This document shows positions 9,440 through 18,411 of a DNA stretch of 64,000 bases, piece by piece. The position numbers and the translations under genes are program-made. How positions within the stretch are numbered: position 1 is the stretch's first letter; each line of letters opens with the position of its first letter. The DNA lies in the IMG/VR virus record IMGVR_UViG_3300036944_001324, positions 207,655-271,654 of that record. One strand, given 5' to 3'. The notes beneath the pieces are model-generated. The model was given only the letters and a program-made list of their open reading frames with translations. It searched no databases and was not told the origin of the DNA.

Positions 9440-10000
9440 ATGCTCGACTCTAAGACCATCGCCCGCGCCGCCGCCGAAGGGTACACACTCAGAGACGTCA
9501 TCGCAGCGGGTCGCGTTCAAGCCAAGCGTAATGTCTCGGACGGTTGCTGCCCGGGTTTTGGCAACCGCATAAACGTCAACCACCAAGAACTCGCTGAAGA
9601 AATTTACGGACACTGCCAATACGTAGGTGGCTACATCTACTCAGGCACTACTTGGCGCCTGGACAAGCAGAGGCTTGATGTTTACGGCTATAGAAACTCT
9701 AGCCGAGTGGGCGAGAGTGTCGACCCACTCCGCACACTGGAAGAACTTGTAAGAGTTCTTCAATCCGCTCCTGTCGGAGCACGTATTGAAAGTAGTCATA
9801 GCTCCATCAATAACCGTTCGTCTGAAACGCTGGTAAAAACGGCGACTGGGTGGAAATCCATTCATGCTCACGACAGCGGGTGGGAATGCGGGGAAGAATT
9901 GCACTGGCACAACTTCCACGAAGTGGCGGCCATCATGGGTGTGGCTCCATCGAACACCTTTATCGCAGTATTCGACGAAGCGCGGAAGAGGTGCTACTGA
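9440..10000 (+). CDS. hypothetical protein
   Basis: AAGGA RBS; 186 aa. Confidence 0.7.
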   Translation: MLDSKTIARAAAEGYTLRDVIAAGRVQAKRNVSDGCCPGFGNRINVNHQELAEEIYGHCQYVGGYIYSGTTWRLDKQRLDVYGYRNSSRVGESVDPLRTLEELVRVLQSAPVGARIESSHSSINNRSSETLVKTATGWKSIHAHDSGWECGEELHWHNFHEVAAIMGVAPSNTFIAVFDEARKRCY

Positions 10001-10018
10001 ATAAGAGGCTCCCGTGCG

Positions 10019-10089
10019 GGGTCAGCTTTGACATCATATAGGAGGACCCTTCGGGGTCCTCCTTTTATGTCGATTCTATTTTTTCTTGG
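10019..10089 (+). repeat. 71-bp direct repeat copy 2
   Basis: see 8480..8550. Confidence 0.9.
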
Positions 10090-10169
10090 CGATATATACC
10101 AGTTGTGAGATACAGGAAGAGTGGTTCTTCCTGGTCTCTTTGTTCAAACCCTTAAGGAGTATCCTCATC

Positions 10170-10655
10170 ATGACTACAGTAAACAAATTCTCGTTCGAGA
10201 ACCAAAACCGCGCAAACAACTTGCGTGATAATATGATTGACGCCATCATTGATGCTGTCGATTTCTCTCCTTTCGCTACGGCTGGGGAGATTGTTGCTGA
10301 GTACCTGGGCAACAAGGGCTTGCGCGATTACGCGCATTCTCAAGTAGGTGGTATTGCGTATTTTGAAGGTGGTAATGCGCTGGAGCGTCTGAGTAAACTG
10401 GTGGACCCAGAACTCGTGACACAAAACTTGGCAATGTTCGCCAGTGCTCTTCGTGACGCCGACAATGCAACAGTCGCTAAAGTTGCCGCCGAAATGTCTG
10501 ATGACAATCATGACAGTTCGGAAGGTGTGTTTGGTGGGTATTTGTCGGTGAAAGGCTTCGAGGCCGAGTTGCTGGAAGTGCTGAGCACTGATGTCATCGG
10601 ATCGATTCGTAACGGTTTGATCACCAAGCAACACCAAGAAGAATTCGCCAAGTAA
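10170..10655 (+). CDS. hypothetical protein
   Basis: AAGGAG RBS before ATG 10170. Confidence 0.7.
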   Translation: MTTVNKFSFENQNRANNLRDNMIDAIIDAVDFSPFATAGEIVAEYLGNKGLRDYAHSQVGGIAYFEGGNALERLSKLVDPELVTQNLAMFASALRDADNATVAKVAAEMSDDNHDSSEGVFGGYLSVKGFEAELLEVLSTDVIGSIRNGLITKQHQEEFAK

Positions 10656-10666
10656 TTCCATCTAGG

Positions 10667-10695
10667 GGATCAGGCATCTGCCTGATCCTTTTTCT
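10667..10695 (+). terminator. intrinsic terminator
   Basis: GGATCAGGC ATCT GCCTGATCC + T-run. Confidence 0.8.
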
Positions 10696-10714
10696 ATTTC
10701 AATAAGGGTTTTCC

Positions 10715-11467
10715 ATGTTTTCCAAAATGAAAGTTTTGTTGGTTGTGTTGTTTGCTTCTGTTATGACTGCTTGCGGTGGTGGCGGAAGTCCTGAGGTGGA
10801 AGCTGAACTCAGTAGCTCCAAGTCGTATTCTTACGTAACTGCTTCTGTGGATGTCGTTGGTGATTCCATCTCCATTGGTGTGAATACGGAAGTGTCACCC
10901 ATCATGCGTTTGACTGAATACCGTCCTAACTGGGCGGTTGTTCACCATTCAGCTGGTGGGTTGCAACTCGACACCATGATTGCTGGTTACTCGGAACCAA
11001 CACCTGGCGCTCATCCGATCTATTTCCCGATGGGTCCTCAACTGCCATTCCCGCAAGTGCAGCGCAGCAGCCGCTATGTTGTGATTGCTTTGGGTGTGAA
11101 TGATGCTTTGAACAACAGCACGATGCAAGAGGCTGTGCGGTTTGAACACAACATGCGTTACGTTATCCGTACGTTGGTTGCAGAAAACCGTGTGCCTGTT
11201 CTCACTGGTGTTCCCAATCTGGCTGTGAACCCTGTGTTTCTGAAGCATTACAACAACGTCACGTTGATGCTGGCTCAGGAATACGGTTTGGTGCACGCTG
11301 GCTGGGGTGAAGCTTACGGGATCGAAGGCGTAGGTAGTGACGGCATCCACCCCCACCAAGGTGGCTCTGACATGCTCGCTGGTCGCCTCATCCGCGCTAT
11401 CGACCAAGCTATCGAGCTTGACAACGCTGGTGTCTACGCCAACATCCAAATGTTGGCCATGAAGTAA
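10715..11467 (+). CDS. SGNH/GDSL hydrolase-family lipoprotein
   Basis: lipobox VMTAC; blocks GDSIS, GVND, DGIHP. Confidence 0.85.
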   Translation: MFSKMKVLLVVLFASVMTACGGGGSPEVEAELSSSKSYSYVTASVDVVGDSISIGVNTEVSPIMRLTEYRPNWAVVHHSAGGLQLDTMIAGYSEPTPGAHPIYFPMGPQLPFPQVQRSSRYVVIALGVNDALNNSTMQEAVRFEHNMRYVIRTLVAENRVPVLTGVPNLAVNPVFLKHYNNVTLMLAQEYGLVHAGWGEAYGIEGVGSDGIHPHQGGSDMLAGRLIRAIDQAIELDNAGVYANIQMLAMK

Positions 11468-11542
11468 ATGATGATGGCTCTGAACACATCCAGTCTTAGG
11501 ACTGGGTGTGGGCAGCTATCTTCTTTTTCTTTTGAGGTGACT

Positions 11543-11827
11543 ATGCATGGATTTGACTTGACACCGCTTTGGTGGTGGTTTGGTTTCTTGGGGATCTACA
11601 TCGTTCTTTTTGTGATGCGGAAACTACCACCTCTCAAAGACAAGCCTTTGTTGTACTACTTCTTGCTGCTCGGTAGCTACGGCTTCATTACCTTGGCGTT
11701 CTACGTAAAGTTCAACTACAACTTCACAGTGATCGCCGTGTCGTTTTTGGCGTGGTTCATCATCACTGGCTTTAAGCTCGCACTACGCGCTTATGTGAAC
11801 CATCAGGCACGGAACTATCGTCGCTAG
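11543..11827 (+). CDS. membrane protein (3 TM)
   Basis: GAGGT RBS; hydrophobic segments. Confidence 0.65.
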   Translation: MHGFDLTPLWWWFGFLGIYIVLFVMRKLPPLKDKPLLYYFLLLGSYGFITLAFYVKFNYNFTVIAVSFLAWFIITGFKLALRAYVNHQARNYRR

Positions 11828-11840
11828 TAAAAGAATATCA

Positions 11841-11874
11841 CCAAGAGGGTAGCACCTCTTGGTTTTATGCCGTC
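11841..11874 (+). terminator. hairpin terminator
   Basis: CCAAGAGG gtagca CCTCTTGG TTTTATGCCG. Confidence 0.75.
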
Positions 11875-11979
11875 TATTTCTTTTTTGGTTTGCTATCAGC
11901 ATCCAAGCCCTATTTAGATCAAGTTTTTTCAGTGATATATCATCGTTAGGATAGGTACCCACTATTGAAAGATCAATCA

Positions 11980-12354
11980 ATGTCTACATTTACTCTTCAC
12001 GGCTACCAAGTGGCCGTTGCTTCTTGGCTTCGCAAATGCTTCGGTGTACAACTGGCCGCCGATAAAGAAGAACGCAACCAGCGCTTCTTCGAAGAGGCCT
12101 GTGAGCTGGTCCAAGCCAACGGAATGAGTCAGAGTGCAGCGCACCGGCTCGTCGATTACGTCTACGGTCGTGAAGTTGGCGAAGTCTCTCAGGAGATTGC
12201 GGGCGTGATGGTTTCGTTGTCGGCTTTGGCCGAGACAGCCGGCGTTAGCGTCAGTGAGGCAGCCAATACAGAACTGGAACGCATCAATCGTCCCGAGATG
12301 ATCGTGAAGATCAACGAAAAGCAAAAGCTCAAACCGCGTTTCTTGAATCAGTAA
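11980..12354 (+). CDS. MazG-like all-alpha NTP pyrophosphohydrolase
   Basis: RFFEEACELVQ and EVSQEIAGV (ExxE metal-binding pattern). Confidence 0.65.
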   Translation: MSTFTLHGYQVAVASWLRKCFGVQLAADKEERNQRFFEEACELVQANGMSQSAAHRLVDYVYGREVGEVSQEIAGVMVSLSALAETAGVSVSEAANTELERINRPEMIVKINEKQKLKPRFLNQ

Positions 12355-12376
12355 TAAACAAAACTAAGGAGGTCCG

Positions 12377-13255
12377 ATGAATATATCTTTAGACTGGGAT
12401 GGGACAGTTACAGCGGAATCGACTGGTTTCGCCAACTTTGTCAACGACATGAGGGCACTTGGTCACAAGGTCTATATCGTGACCATGCGGTACCCTTCGG
12501 AATGTGTTCGTGACCCCATGATGCGCAGATGGGCCCACGGTGTGGATGGAATCATCCCCACTTCGCGACGTGCGAAAAAAGAAGTTCTGGACGAGCTGAA
12601 TATTAAAGCTCATATTTACATCGACGACCATCCCGAAGCTGTGAATAAGAGCGCTGCAGAGCTTTGGGATAAGCCAAGTCCTGAAGGTACTGTTTTCATC
12701 GTTGACCAAGTCACTGGTGAGAACGTCCTGATGGAACTGGATGACCCTGAAGATGAAAGCTTGATCGATGCGATGGAAAAAGTCCGGGAAAAGCTGCTGC
12801 TTCCTCCACCCCCCAAGCTCTCGCCGGCTATTGCGGTGAACAACACCAGTTCCGTCCCATCAAGCCTGGATGGAAAGGGCTACCGTGTCAAGCTGGGTGT
12901 GTTTGGCGTCACTGGTTCCCAGGGTAACTTCATACCGCCGTTGACTGAAGAAACGTTGCAGAATAAAAAGCAATGGCCAGTTGTAGAGTCTGGCGTGTGT
13001 AGCTTGCGCGCTATGAAGGATTTCTCTATTCCGTTTGACCTGGTTGTTGGTCGCGTCAGTAACCTTACTGCAACGATGGTTGAAGGTGTGCAAGAGGTCT
13101 ACGGCGATCTGGTTGTTTTCAACAACGACAGCTTCTTGAATAAGGCGCTGCAAGAAGAAAATCTGGAGTTGCAGTTCGGACCTTACTACCTTAAGGATGC
13201 TAACGGCGTTTTCCACAGTTTGATCGGTTGGGGCGTTAGCGTCGTTACCCCTTAA
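12377..13255 (+). CDS. HAD-superfamily hydrolase fused to a C-terminal domain of unknown function
   Basis: motif I SLDWDGT, motif II VTMR, motif IV YIDD; Pro-rich linker. Confidence 0.7.
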   Translation: MNISLDWDGTVTAESTGFANFVNDMRALGHKVYIVTMRYPSECVRDPMMRRWAHGVDGIIPTSRRAKKEVLDELNIKAHIYIDDHPEAVNKSAAELWDKPSPEGTVFIVDQVTGENVLMELDDPEDESLIDAMEKVREKLLLPPPPKLSPAIAVNNTSSVPSSLDGKGYRVKLGVFGVTGSQGNFIPPLTEETLQNKKQWPVVESGVCSLRAMKDFSIPFDLVVGRVSNLTATMVEGVQEVYGDLVVFNNDSFLNKALQEENLELQFGPYYLKDANGVFHSLIGWGVSVVTP

Positions 13256-13265
13256 ACTTTAACCG

Positions 13266-13297
13266 GCATAAGAGCCTTGCACGACGCAAGGCTCTGT
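13266..13297 (+). terminator. hairpin terminator
   Basis: GCATA AGAGCCTTGC acgac GCAAGGCTCT. Confidence 0.75.
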
Positions 13298-13330
13298 GTA
13301 TTTTTCATTGACAAGTAAAGGAAATTCATC

Positions 13331-13732
13331 ATGTTGATCATTCAAAACATCTCGATCAAAGACAAGGTTCTGATCGTCGGTGCCAGCAGCCGTGAGATCA
13401 TCTCCAGCAAAGCAGACTTTGTCTCTGCTCAGCCAGAACCTATCTTGGTTTTGCAACTTGACTTCGGTAACGGTGACCCACTGACGTCAATGGGCATCAC
13501 CAAGGAGTTGGTGGAAAAGCTTGATACTCCTTGCCAGGTATTTCTGGGCATCGCGCAGAACACGTGGAGTGATCTGCCGGTCACCATCAATGAGTTGAAC
13601 GTAATGATCAGCGAACTTGTCGTTAACGACGACAAAGTGGTTTTCAATAAGTACACTGGTATTCTGGCGGAAGCCAATCCATTCCACAAGTACCGTGTTG
13701 CTACGCCTGAATTCATTTCTGAACCAAATTAG
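13331..13732 (+). CDS. hypothetical protein
   Basis: RBS and 133-aa ORF. Confidence 0.7.
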   Translation: MLIIQNISIKDKVLIVGASSREIISSKADFVSAQPEPILVLQLDFGNGDPLTSMGITKELVEKLDTPCQVFLGIAQNTWSDLPVTINELNVMISELVVNDDKVVFNKYTGILAEANPFHKYRVATPEFISEPN

Positions 13733-13740
13733 GAGTAGTC

Positions 13741-13965
13741 ATGGAAGCGTTTGTTTTGGTCTGGATGATTGCGGTTGGTAACTCAACGAACACCAACACC
13801 TACAAGGTGGACTCAGGCACTGCCCCCTTCCCATCCGAGGTAGCTTGCCTGACAGCCCAAAAGAACATACTGACTGACATGGATAAATACAACAAAATGA
13901 CTGAACGCAAATTCAGTATCCACGTCATTTCCATGGACTGTTACGGAAATAAGAGGACCAAGTAA
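13741..13965 (+). CDS. small hypothetical protein
   Basis: AGGAG RBS; two Cys. Confidence 0.6.
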   Translation: MEAFVLVWMIAVGNSTNTNTYKVDSGTAPFPSEVACLTAQKNILTDMDKYNKMTERKFSIHVISMDCYGNKRTK

Positions 13966-14348
13966 TGAGCACGCAAAATTCTGTCACTTTGTCTGCTGAA
14001 GAAGCCAGGGTTGTCTTTGTGCAACACGTAGCTGGTGTTGTCGAATACTGGGAAAACGAAAAGGGTTCACTCACCAACCGTGAAAGACTCGAAGGTGTAG
14101 CATTCAGTATTCTCACTGCCTTGGATGGTAGTGGATTAACGATGCCGCCTTTTACCGTACGACCCATTCCTGACGAAAAAGGCGGTTTTGATTTCTTTGG
14201 AACTGTCTGGCCGGATAAAGACCTCGGTGGAGGTCTGCACGATATCTTTGATCGGGAGCTTAAAAAGAAACCGGAAGAAAGAACCGAGCTGCAGGGTGTT
14301 CTGAAAAGATTCCGGGCCGAGATGGATAACTTTCGCGAAACGCTGTAA
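13965..14348 (+). CDS. conserved phage hypothetical protein
   Basis: TAATG coupling; LEGVAFSILTALDG motif. Confidence 0.7.
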   Translation: MSTQNSVTLSAEEARVVFVQHVAGVVEYWENEKGSLTNRERLEGVAFSILTALDGSGLTMPPFTVRPIPDEKGGFDFFGTVWPDKDLGGGLHDIFDRELKKKPEERTELQGVLKRFRAEMDNFRETL

Positions 14349-14363
14349 CTAGGAAAAGTCAAA

Positions 14364-14846
14364 ATGAACATAGCCAAACTGCACCGCGTCTACCCTCTGA
14401 CGAACGTTTTTATCAACGACGGTTGTCTTACGCTGGAGTCAACCTATCGGATGCGTTTCAATCGTACTTCGGGAAGTCTGGATCTTCCCGATTACGACGT
14501 AACACCGTCCACAAAACAGTTGCGTCTGAACCTGGAGCCCATCGGTGACAACGAAGTACTGGTTGTTGTTGACACCTCTAACAGACAGCTGGCGGGTATT
14601 GAGGGTTTCTACGGGTTTTGCTTTTCGGTTGATCTTTCTGCAATCACTGAAGAACAATGCAAAATCTTGTTCAGTATCTCTCATGGCGGGAAATACCCCT
14701 CAGTTCTTGCAAAGTTCGGATACAAAAGTGTCCAACTGGTCGTGCACGAAATCCATGAAAAGGATTCTGGTGTTGATTACAACAGCCGGATCTGCACAAT
14801 CAGCAACAACGCATATATCGCATTCATAGGTGCTTCAAATGGCTGA
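14364..14846 (+). CDS. hypothetical protein
   Basis: 160-aa ORF in operon. Confidence 0.65.
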   Translation: MNIAKLHRVYPLTNVFINDGCLTLESTYRMRFNRTSGSLDLPDYDVTPSTKQLRLNLEPIGDNEVLVVVDTSNRQLAGIEGFYGFCFSVDLSAITEEQCKILFSISHGGKYPSVLAKFGYKSVQLVVHEIHEKDSGVDYNSRICTISNNAYIAFIGASNG

Positions 14847-15060
14847 AAAGAATAAGGCTGATATGCCGCAAATTCAACCAGTCGAACGCAATGAATTGCT
14901 CGAAGCTCTTAGCGAGATGGTTCGCAAGGGTGAGCCGGTTAATATTCACGAGGCCATTGCAGTGGCTGAATACCAATCACGGTTTCAGCAAGCACGTGAA
15001 GCCAAGAAGACCCAGACCCTCTGGGGTCGTTTCTTGGCGTTCTTCAATCACCAGAAATAA
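14839..15060 (+). CDS. small hypothetical protein
   Basis: coupled ORF. Confidence 0.6.
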   Translation: MAEKNKADMPQIQPVERNELLEALSEMVRKGEPVNIHEAIAVAEYQSRFQQAREAKKTQTLWGRFLAFFNHQK

Positions 15061-15072
15061 CAAGGACAAGAC

Positions 15073-15486
15073 ATGAGAAACGTTGTAATGAGAAGGCTTG
15101 GTAAAGAAGGTATGTCCAACTTGCGGACATACTGGAACCATTCTGACTTCCCTTCTGTATTGAAACAAGTGCAAAAGGACTTTCTGGACATGACAGCCAT
15201 GAAGTCCGTGAGCGGCAAACCGTACGTTGTACTGTGTCTGTTGTTCATCCATGCCATTCAAAAACTGATCGCGTTTGAGGCTGGCAAAGACGTCGATGAG
15301 TGTTTGCTGCATGAAGCAGTGGCTATCGCTGTTTACGTCACGTCTGTAAAACCAAGATCCGTTACACCTAATCGGTACTACACGTTGGTAACGACAATGA
15401 TGGATCTGCAACGACACGATGAAACTTTCAACAAACTCATCGATGCTTTTCTAACCTGGGATGAAACTGAAGGAAGAAGACCGTGA
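15073..15486 (+). CDS. hypothetical protein, paralog of 15822..16226
   Basis: YWNHSDFPSVLKQVQKDFL...PYVVLCLL vs YWTRPVFQSLLRDVRKDFL...PFVVACLL. Confidence 0.7.
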   Translation: MRNVVMRRLGKEGMSNLRTYWNHSDFPSVLKQVQKDFLDMTAMKSVSGKPYVVLCLLFIHAIQKLIAFEAGKDVDECLLHEAVAIAVYVTSVKPRSVTPNRYYTLVTTMMDLQRHDETFNKLIDAFLTWDETEGRRP

Positions 15487-15553
15487 AACACAAGGGCTGA
15501 ACGCGAATAAGTCGTTCTATTCCATATACAACATCTGTTTCAACTACTGAACA

Positions 15554-15799
15554 ATGTCGACTGAAAACAAAGAAAAGCGTTTTATCGCTGGAAGCAGATC
15601 TGAGTTTTTTAACGGTCTTCAAGGACCGTCAGTATTTTATCCGTTAAAGCAACACATCGTGAGAGAGAATCTCACGATCGTTGAGCAGGAGAACAGACTA
15701 ATACTCAGAGCAAGAGATGCTACTGGCGGTTACTACAGTGGGGACGACTTCACGATGTACGTCGGAAAGCCGTATAAAGGTACCGTTGGCGATAGCTAA
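15554..15799 (+). CDS. small hypothetical protein
   Basis: 81-aa ORF in operon. Confidence 0.6.
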   Translation: MSTENKEKRFIAGSRSEFFNGLQGPSVFYPLKQHIVRENLTIVEQENRLILRARDATGGYYSGDDFTMYVGKPYKGTVGDS

Positions 15800-15821
15800 A
15801 CAAACACGAGGAAAACAAAAC

Positions 15822-16226
15822 ATGAGAAAAGAAGCAGTTGATAAAAACTTTGGCTCGGCCCTGGAGGCATATTGGACCAGGCCTGTATTCCAGTCTTTAC
15901 TTCGAGATGTTCGCAAAGACTTCCTCGAAGCGACAGGTCTATCTACCCTTGCCGGCGTACCTTTCGTAGTTGCGTGCCTTTTGTTGGCTTCAACCATGGA
16001 TCGTCTGGCCGCCGGGTACAGTGGATCATCAACCCGTGATGATAGCCTGCTGTACGAAGCTATCGGCATTGGTGGTTTCTACTGGGGCGGTAACCCACGG
16101 CACCCACAAGGGACACGCTATGGTTCGTTGGTATATGCTGTCAGCTCTGCGCAGTCTGCTAACAAGGATTTCCGGGCGTTTTGTGACTCTTTCATTGCTG
16201 AAGTCTTTCAGGACATAAAACCATGA
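15822..16226 (+). CDS. hypothetical protein, paralog of 15073..15486
   Basis: GAGGA RBS; pairwise similarity. Confidence 0.7.
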   Translation: MRKEAVDKNFGSALEAYWTRPVFQSLLRDVRKDFLEATGLSTLAGVPFVVACLLLASTMDRLAAGYSGSSTRDDSLLYEAIGIGGFYWGGNPRHPQGTRYGSLVYAVSSAQSANKDFRAFCDSFIAEVFQDIKP

Positions 16227-16600
16227 CGTTCACCTGGTCCCGTAAAGGCGGTTACGAGTGCTCTAGCACTGGTGACAAACGCTTCTCTGCTTTCCATGCC
16301 AAAATGCCAGATGGTCGCACGATCGAGCATCACTACCAATGTGATGTAAAAGGATACCAACCTGGCGGTCGTGACTGGAAACTTGGTAAAGGCAAGCCAC
16401 CACTGACACCAATGACTCCTGAAGCCCTCTACGAGGCCTACAAGGCCTTGTGGGTGACGTGGGCTAAGGCTAACCCTCACCTGATGATGGAACTGCGTTC
16501 TAAGGCCTTAGAGCACAACTGCCTTCTCAGCGACATGTACGCTACTACATCGGTCAATCAGGCTCATGCCTTGGCCGACTTACTCAACGAAGGATACTGA
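16223..16600 (+). CDS. NADAR-like protein (putative ADP-ribose hydrolase)
   Basis: RFSAF, TIEHHYQCDVK, WKLGKG, NPHLMMEL, NQAHALADLL parallel the NADAR motifs FSNF, TxEHYYQAxK, K.LGR, N..L...L, N.LG..LM. Confidence 0.5.
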   Translation: MTFTWSRKGGYECSSTGDKRFSAFHAKMPDGRTIEHHYQCDVKGYQPGGRDWKLGKGKPPLTPMTPEALYEAYKALWVTWAKANPHLMMELRSKALEHNCLLSDMYATTSVNQAHALADLLNEGY

Positions 16601-16601
16601 C

Positions 16602-17027
16602 ATGCCTCAAGAAAAAGAAATAGAAGAAGCCAACGCACGTTTGTCCGTTAATGTTAGCGTACTTCTCGCAAAGAGAATACTGGTCACGCGTGACAACACG
16701 TCGTTCAATCCCGAAATAACCCACGACAGTGTGTACGACTTTCTGGACGACATTCTTACCGTATTCAACTTCATACCTAATCTTGGTACCTCCGGCATCA
16801 AGAAAATGCAGGTCGGTGTGCTCGAAGGTAACACCGGATTTGAATGGATCTTCCTTTTAAACAACGGGGAAAAGTGCGGCACTGTCATGAAAGCTGATCC
16901 GGAGTTCTTTGTGAGTGTGCTGGAAAATTGGTGTAACTGGGGTAACTGGGGAAAACCAGAAGACAAAGATTACCTCATCTCTGAACTCGGTAACTTCCAT
17001 AAGCAGTTGCTTAGAGTTGATTTCTGA
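16602..17027 (+). CDS. hypothetical protein
   Basis: RBS AAGGA; ATG 16602. Confidence 0.65.
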   Translation: MPQEKEIEEANARLSVNVSVLLAKRILVTRDNTSFNPEITHDSVYDFLDDILTVFNFIPNLGTSGIKKMQVGVLEGNTGFEWIFLLNNGEKCGTVMKADPEFFVSVLENWCNWGNWGKPEDKDYLISELGNFHKQLLRVDF

Positions 17028-17116
17028 GATTGGTGATTTAAAGAAAGCCTGGCGACATATCATCGTTTGGAGGAACAGCACATCCTCCAAACATCCTCAA
17101 CTTCCAACTTCCTCAG

Positions 17117-17755
17117 ATGAACGCTAAACGTCAACGTCACAACACGAAATCCAAGGAAAGCGCCTCGCAAGAGCGAATGGCGCATTTCGCTTTCCTCTAT
17201 GGTGACATCCGAGAGCAGGTGAACTCGGTGGGTTACGAGAGTAACCTTGCAGGTAAGGAGCTTGCACGTTTTTGCGTGCGTGCTGGGTTAGGTGGTCATG
17301 AGCGCGATCAGGCAGTGTTCCTGTACACCACGTTGTGCCACGTGGGCGTCTGGGTCAAGCAAGCTATTGAATCCGCCGAGATCAATGCCAATAGCAAGGT
17401 GCGGCATCTGAAGGCTTTGCGGCACAACTTGTCAGTGGTAACGATTCCGTATCCACCCATGCTGAACATGGAGCCCTACATCGCGAATCTGCGTGGGTTC
17501 TACGAGGCAGCGGATTTTTACGGGCGTGAGAAGTTAAAGCGGATCTATCTGATCCAGCATCCGAAAGAAATCAAGACGCGTGTAGTGTTCGACGAGCATC
17601 GCACGTTTCAAACGGACGAGTTGATCCAGGGTGTTATTACCCTGGAGATGGCTCGTCACGCCGGTCACCGCATCAAACTCGGTGACTTCGATGACAAGGT
17701 GCAATGGTTCAACGCATTGCTCGAATCTATCAAACCTAAGGAAAGAAAGAACTAA
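17117..17755 (+). CDS. hypothetical protein
   Basis: 212-aa ORF. Confidence 0.7.
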   Translation: MNAKRQRHNTKSKESASQERMAHFAFLYGDIREQVNSVGYESNLAGKELARFCVRAGLGGHERDQAVFLYTTLCHVGVWVKQAIESAEINANSKVRHLKALRHNLSVVTIPYPPMLNMEPYIANLRGFYEAADFYGREKLKRIYLIQHPKEIKTRVVFDEHRTFQTDELIQGVITLEMARHAGHRIKLGDFDDKVQWFNALLESIKPKERKN

Positions 17756-17802
17756 TGCTCGTACTCCTGTTGTGGTTCGGGTTGGTTCCTAAGGGACAAG
17801 CT

Positions 17803-18411
17803 ATGAAAATGAATCCAGTTAAATTGGTGATCGGAACCATGATAGGAGTTTTGCTCTTCGTGATGGTGTTTCCGTTCATCTTGATGTTTGAGTTGTTCTG
17901 GAGAATGACGCCACACGTCAAGACGTCTAAGCGTGTTATTGCTTTGGCTGCTCAGTTTGAGTCAGAGGTAACCAAGATCAATCTGAGCACGACAAGCAAC
18001 ACGGCAGCGTTTGAAGCTGTGACTGCTTTGGCTAGACAGCCGCATTACAAAGAACTGGTGCAGCGTAGATCGTTGTACCTAGGCATCATGACTATTGCAA
18101 GCTACCTTCTTCCTCCCGAGAAGTTCAAGAAGGATGAGTTTGTAGTAGGTTATTTTGCGCAGATGGGTGCAGGGTTACTTACTGGCAAACCCAAAGAGCT
18201 ACACATCGCGAACATGTTCGCCAGGGCTCGCAGCGCCAGTGATGTGGCGGTAGCTTTGATCTACTCTGGATCGCTTGTGGAAGAAGACTTCCGTAGGCAT
18301 TTTGCAGGCACAAATCCGCAGCATGTGTGTGACTTCCTTGCAGCCAGCATCGATGAAGTTCTCGCGATGCCTAACGTGGAAAAATACAAAGAGCCGGGAC
18401 CATGTGGTTGA
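17803..18411 (+). CDS. membrane-anchored hypothetical protein
   Basis: N-terminal hydrophobic helix. Confidence 0.65.
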   Translation: MKMNPVKLVIGTMIGVLLFVMVFPFILMFELFWRMTPHVKTSKRVIALAAQFESEVTKINLSTTSNTAAFEAVTALARQPHYKELVQRRSLYLGIMTIASYLLPPEKFKKDEFVVGYFAQMGAGLLTGKPKELHIANMFARARSASDVAVALIYSGSLVEEDFRRHFAGTNPQHVCDFLAASIDEVLAMPNVEKYKEPGPCG

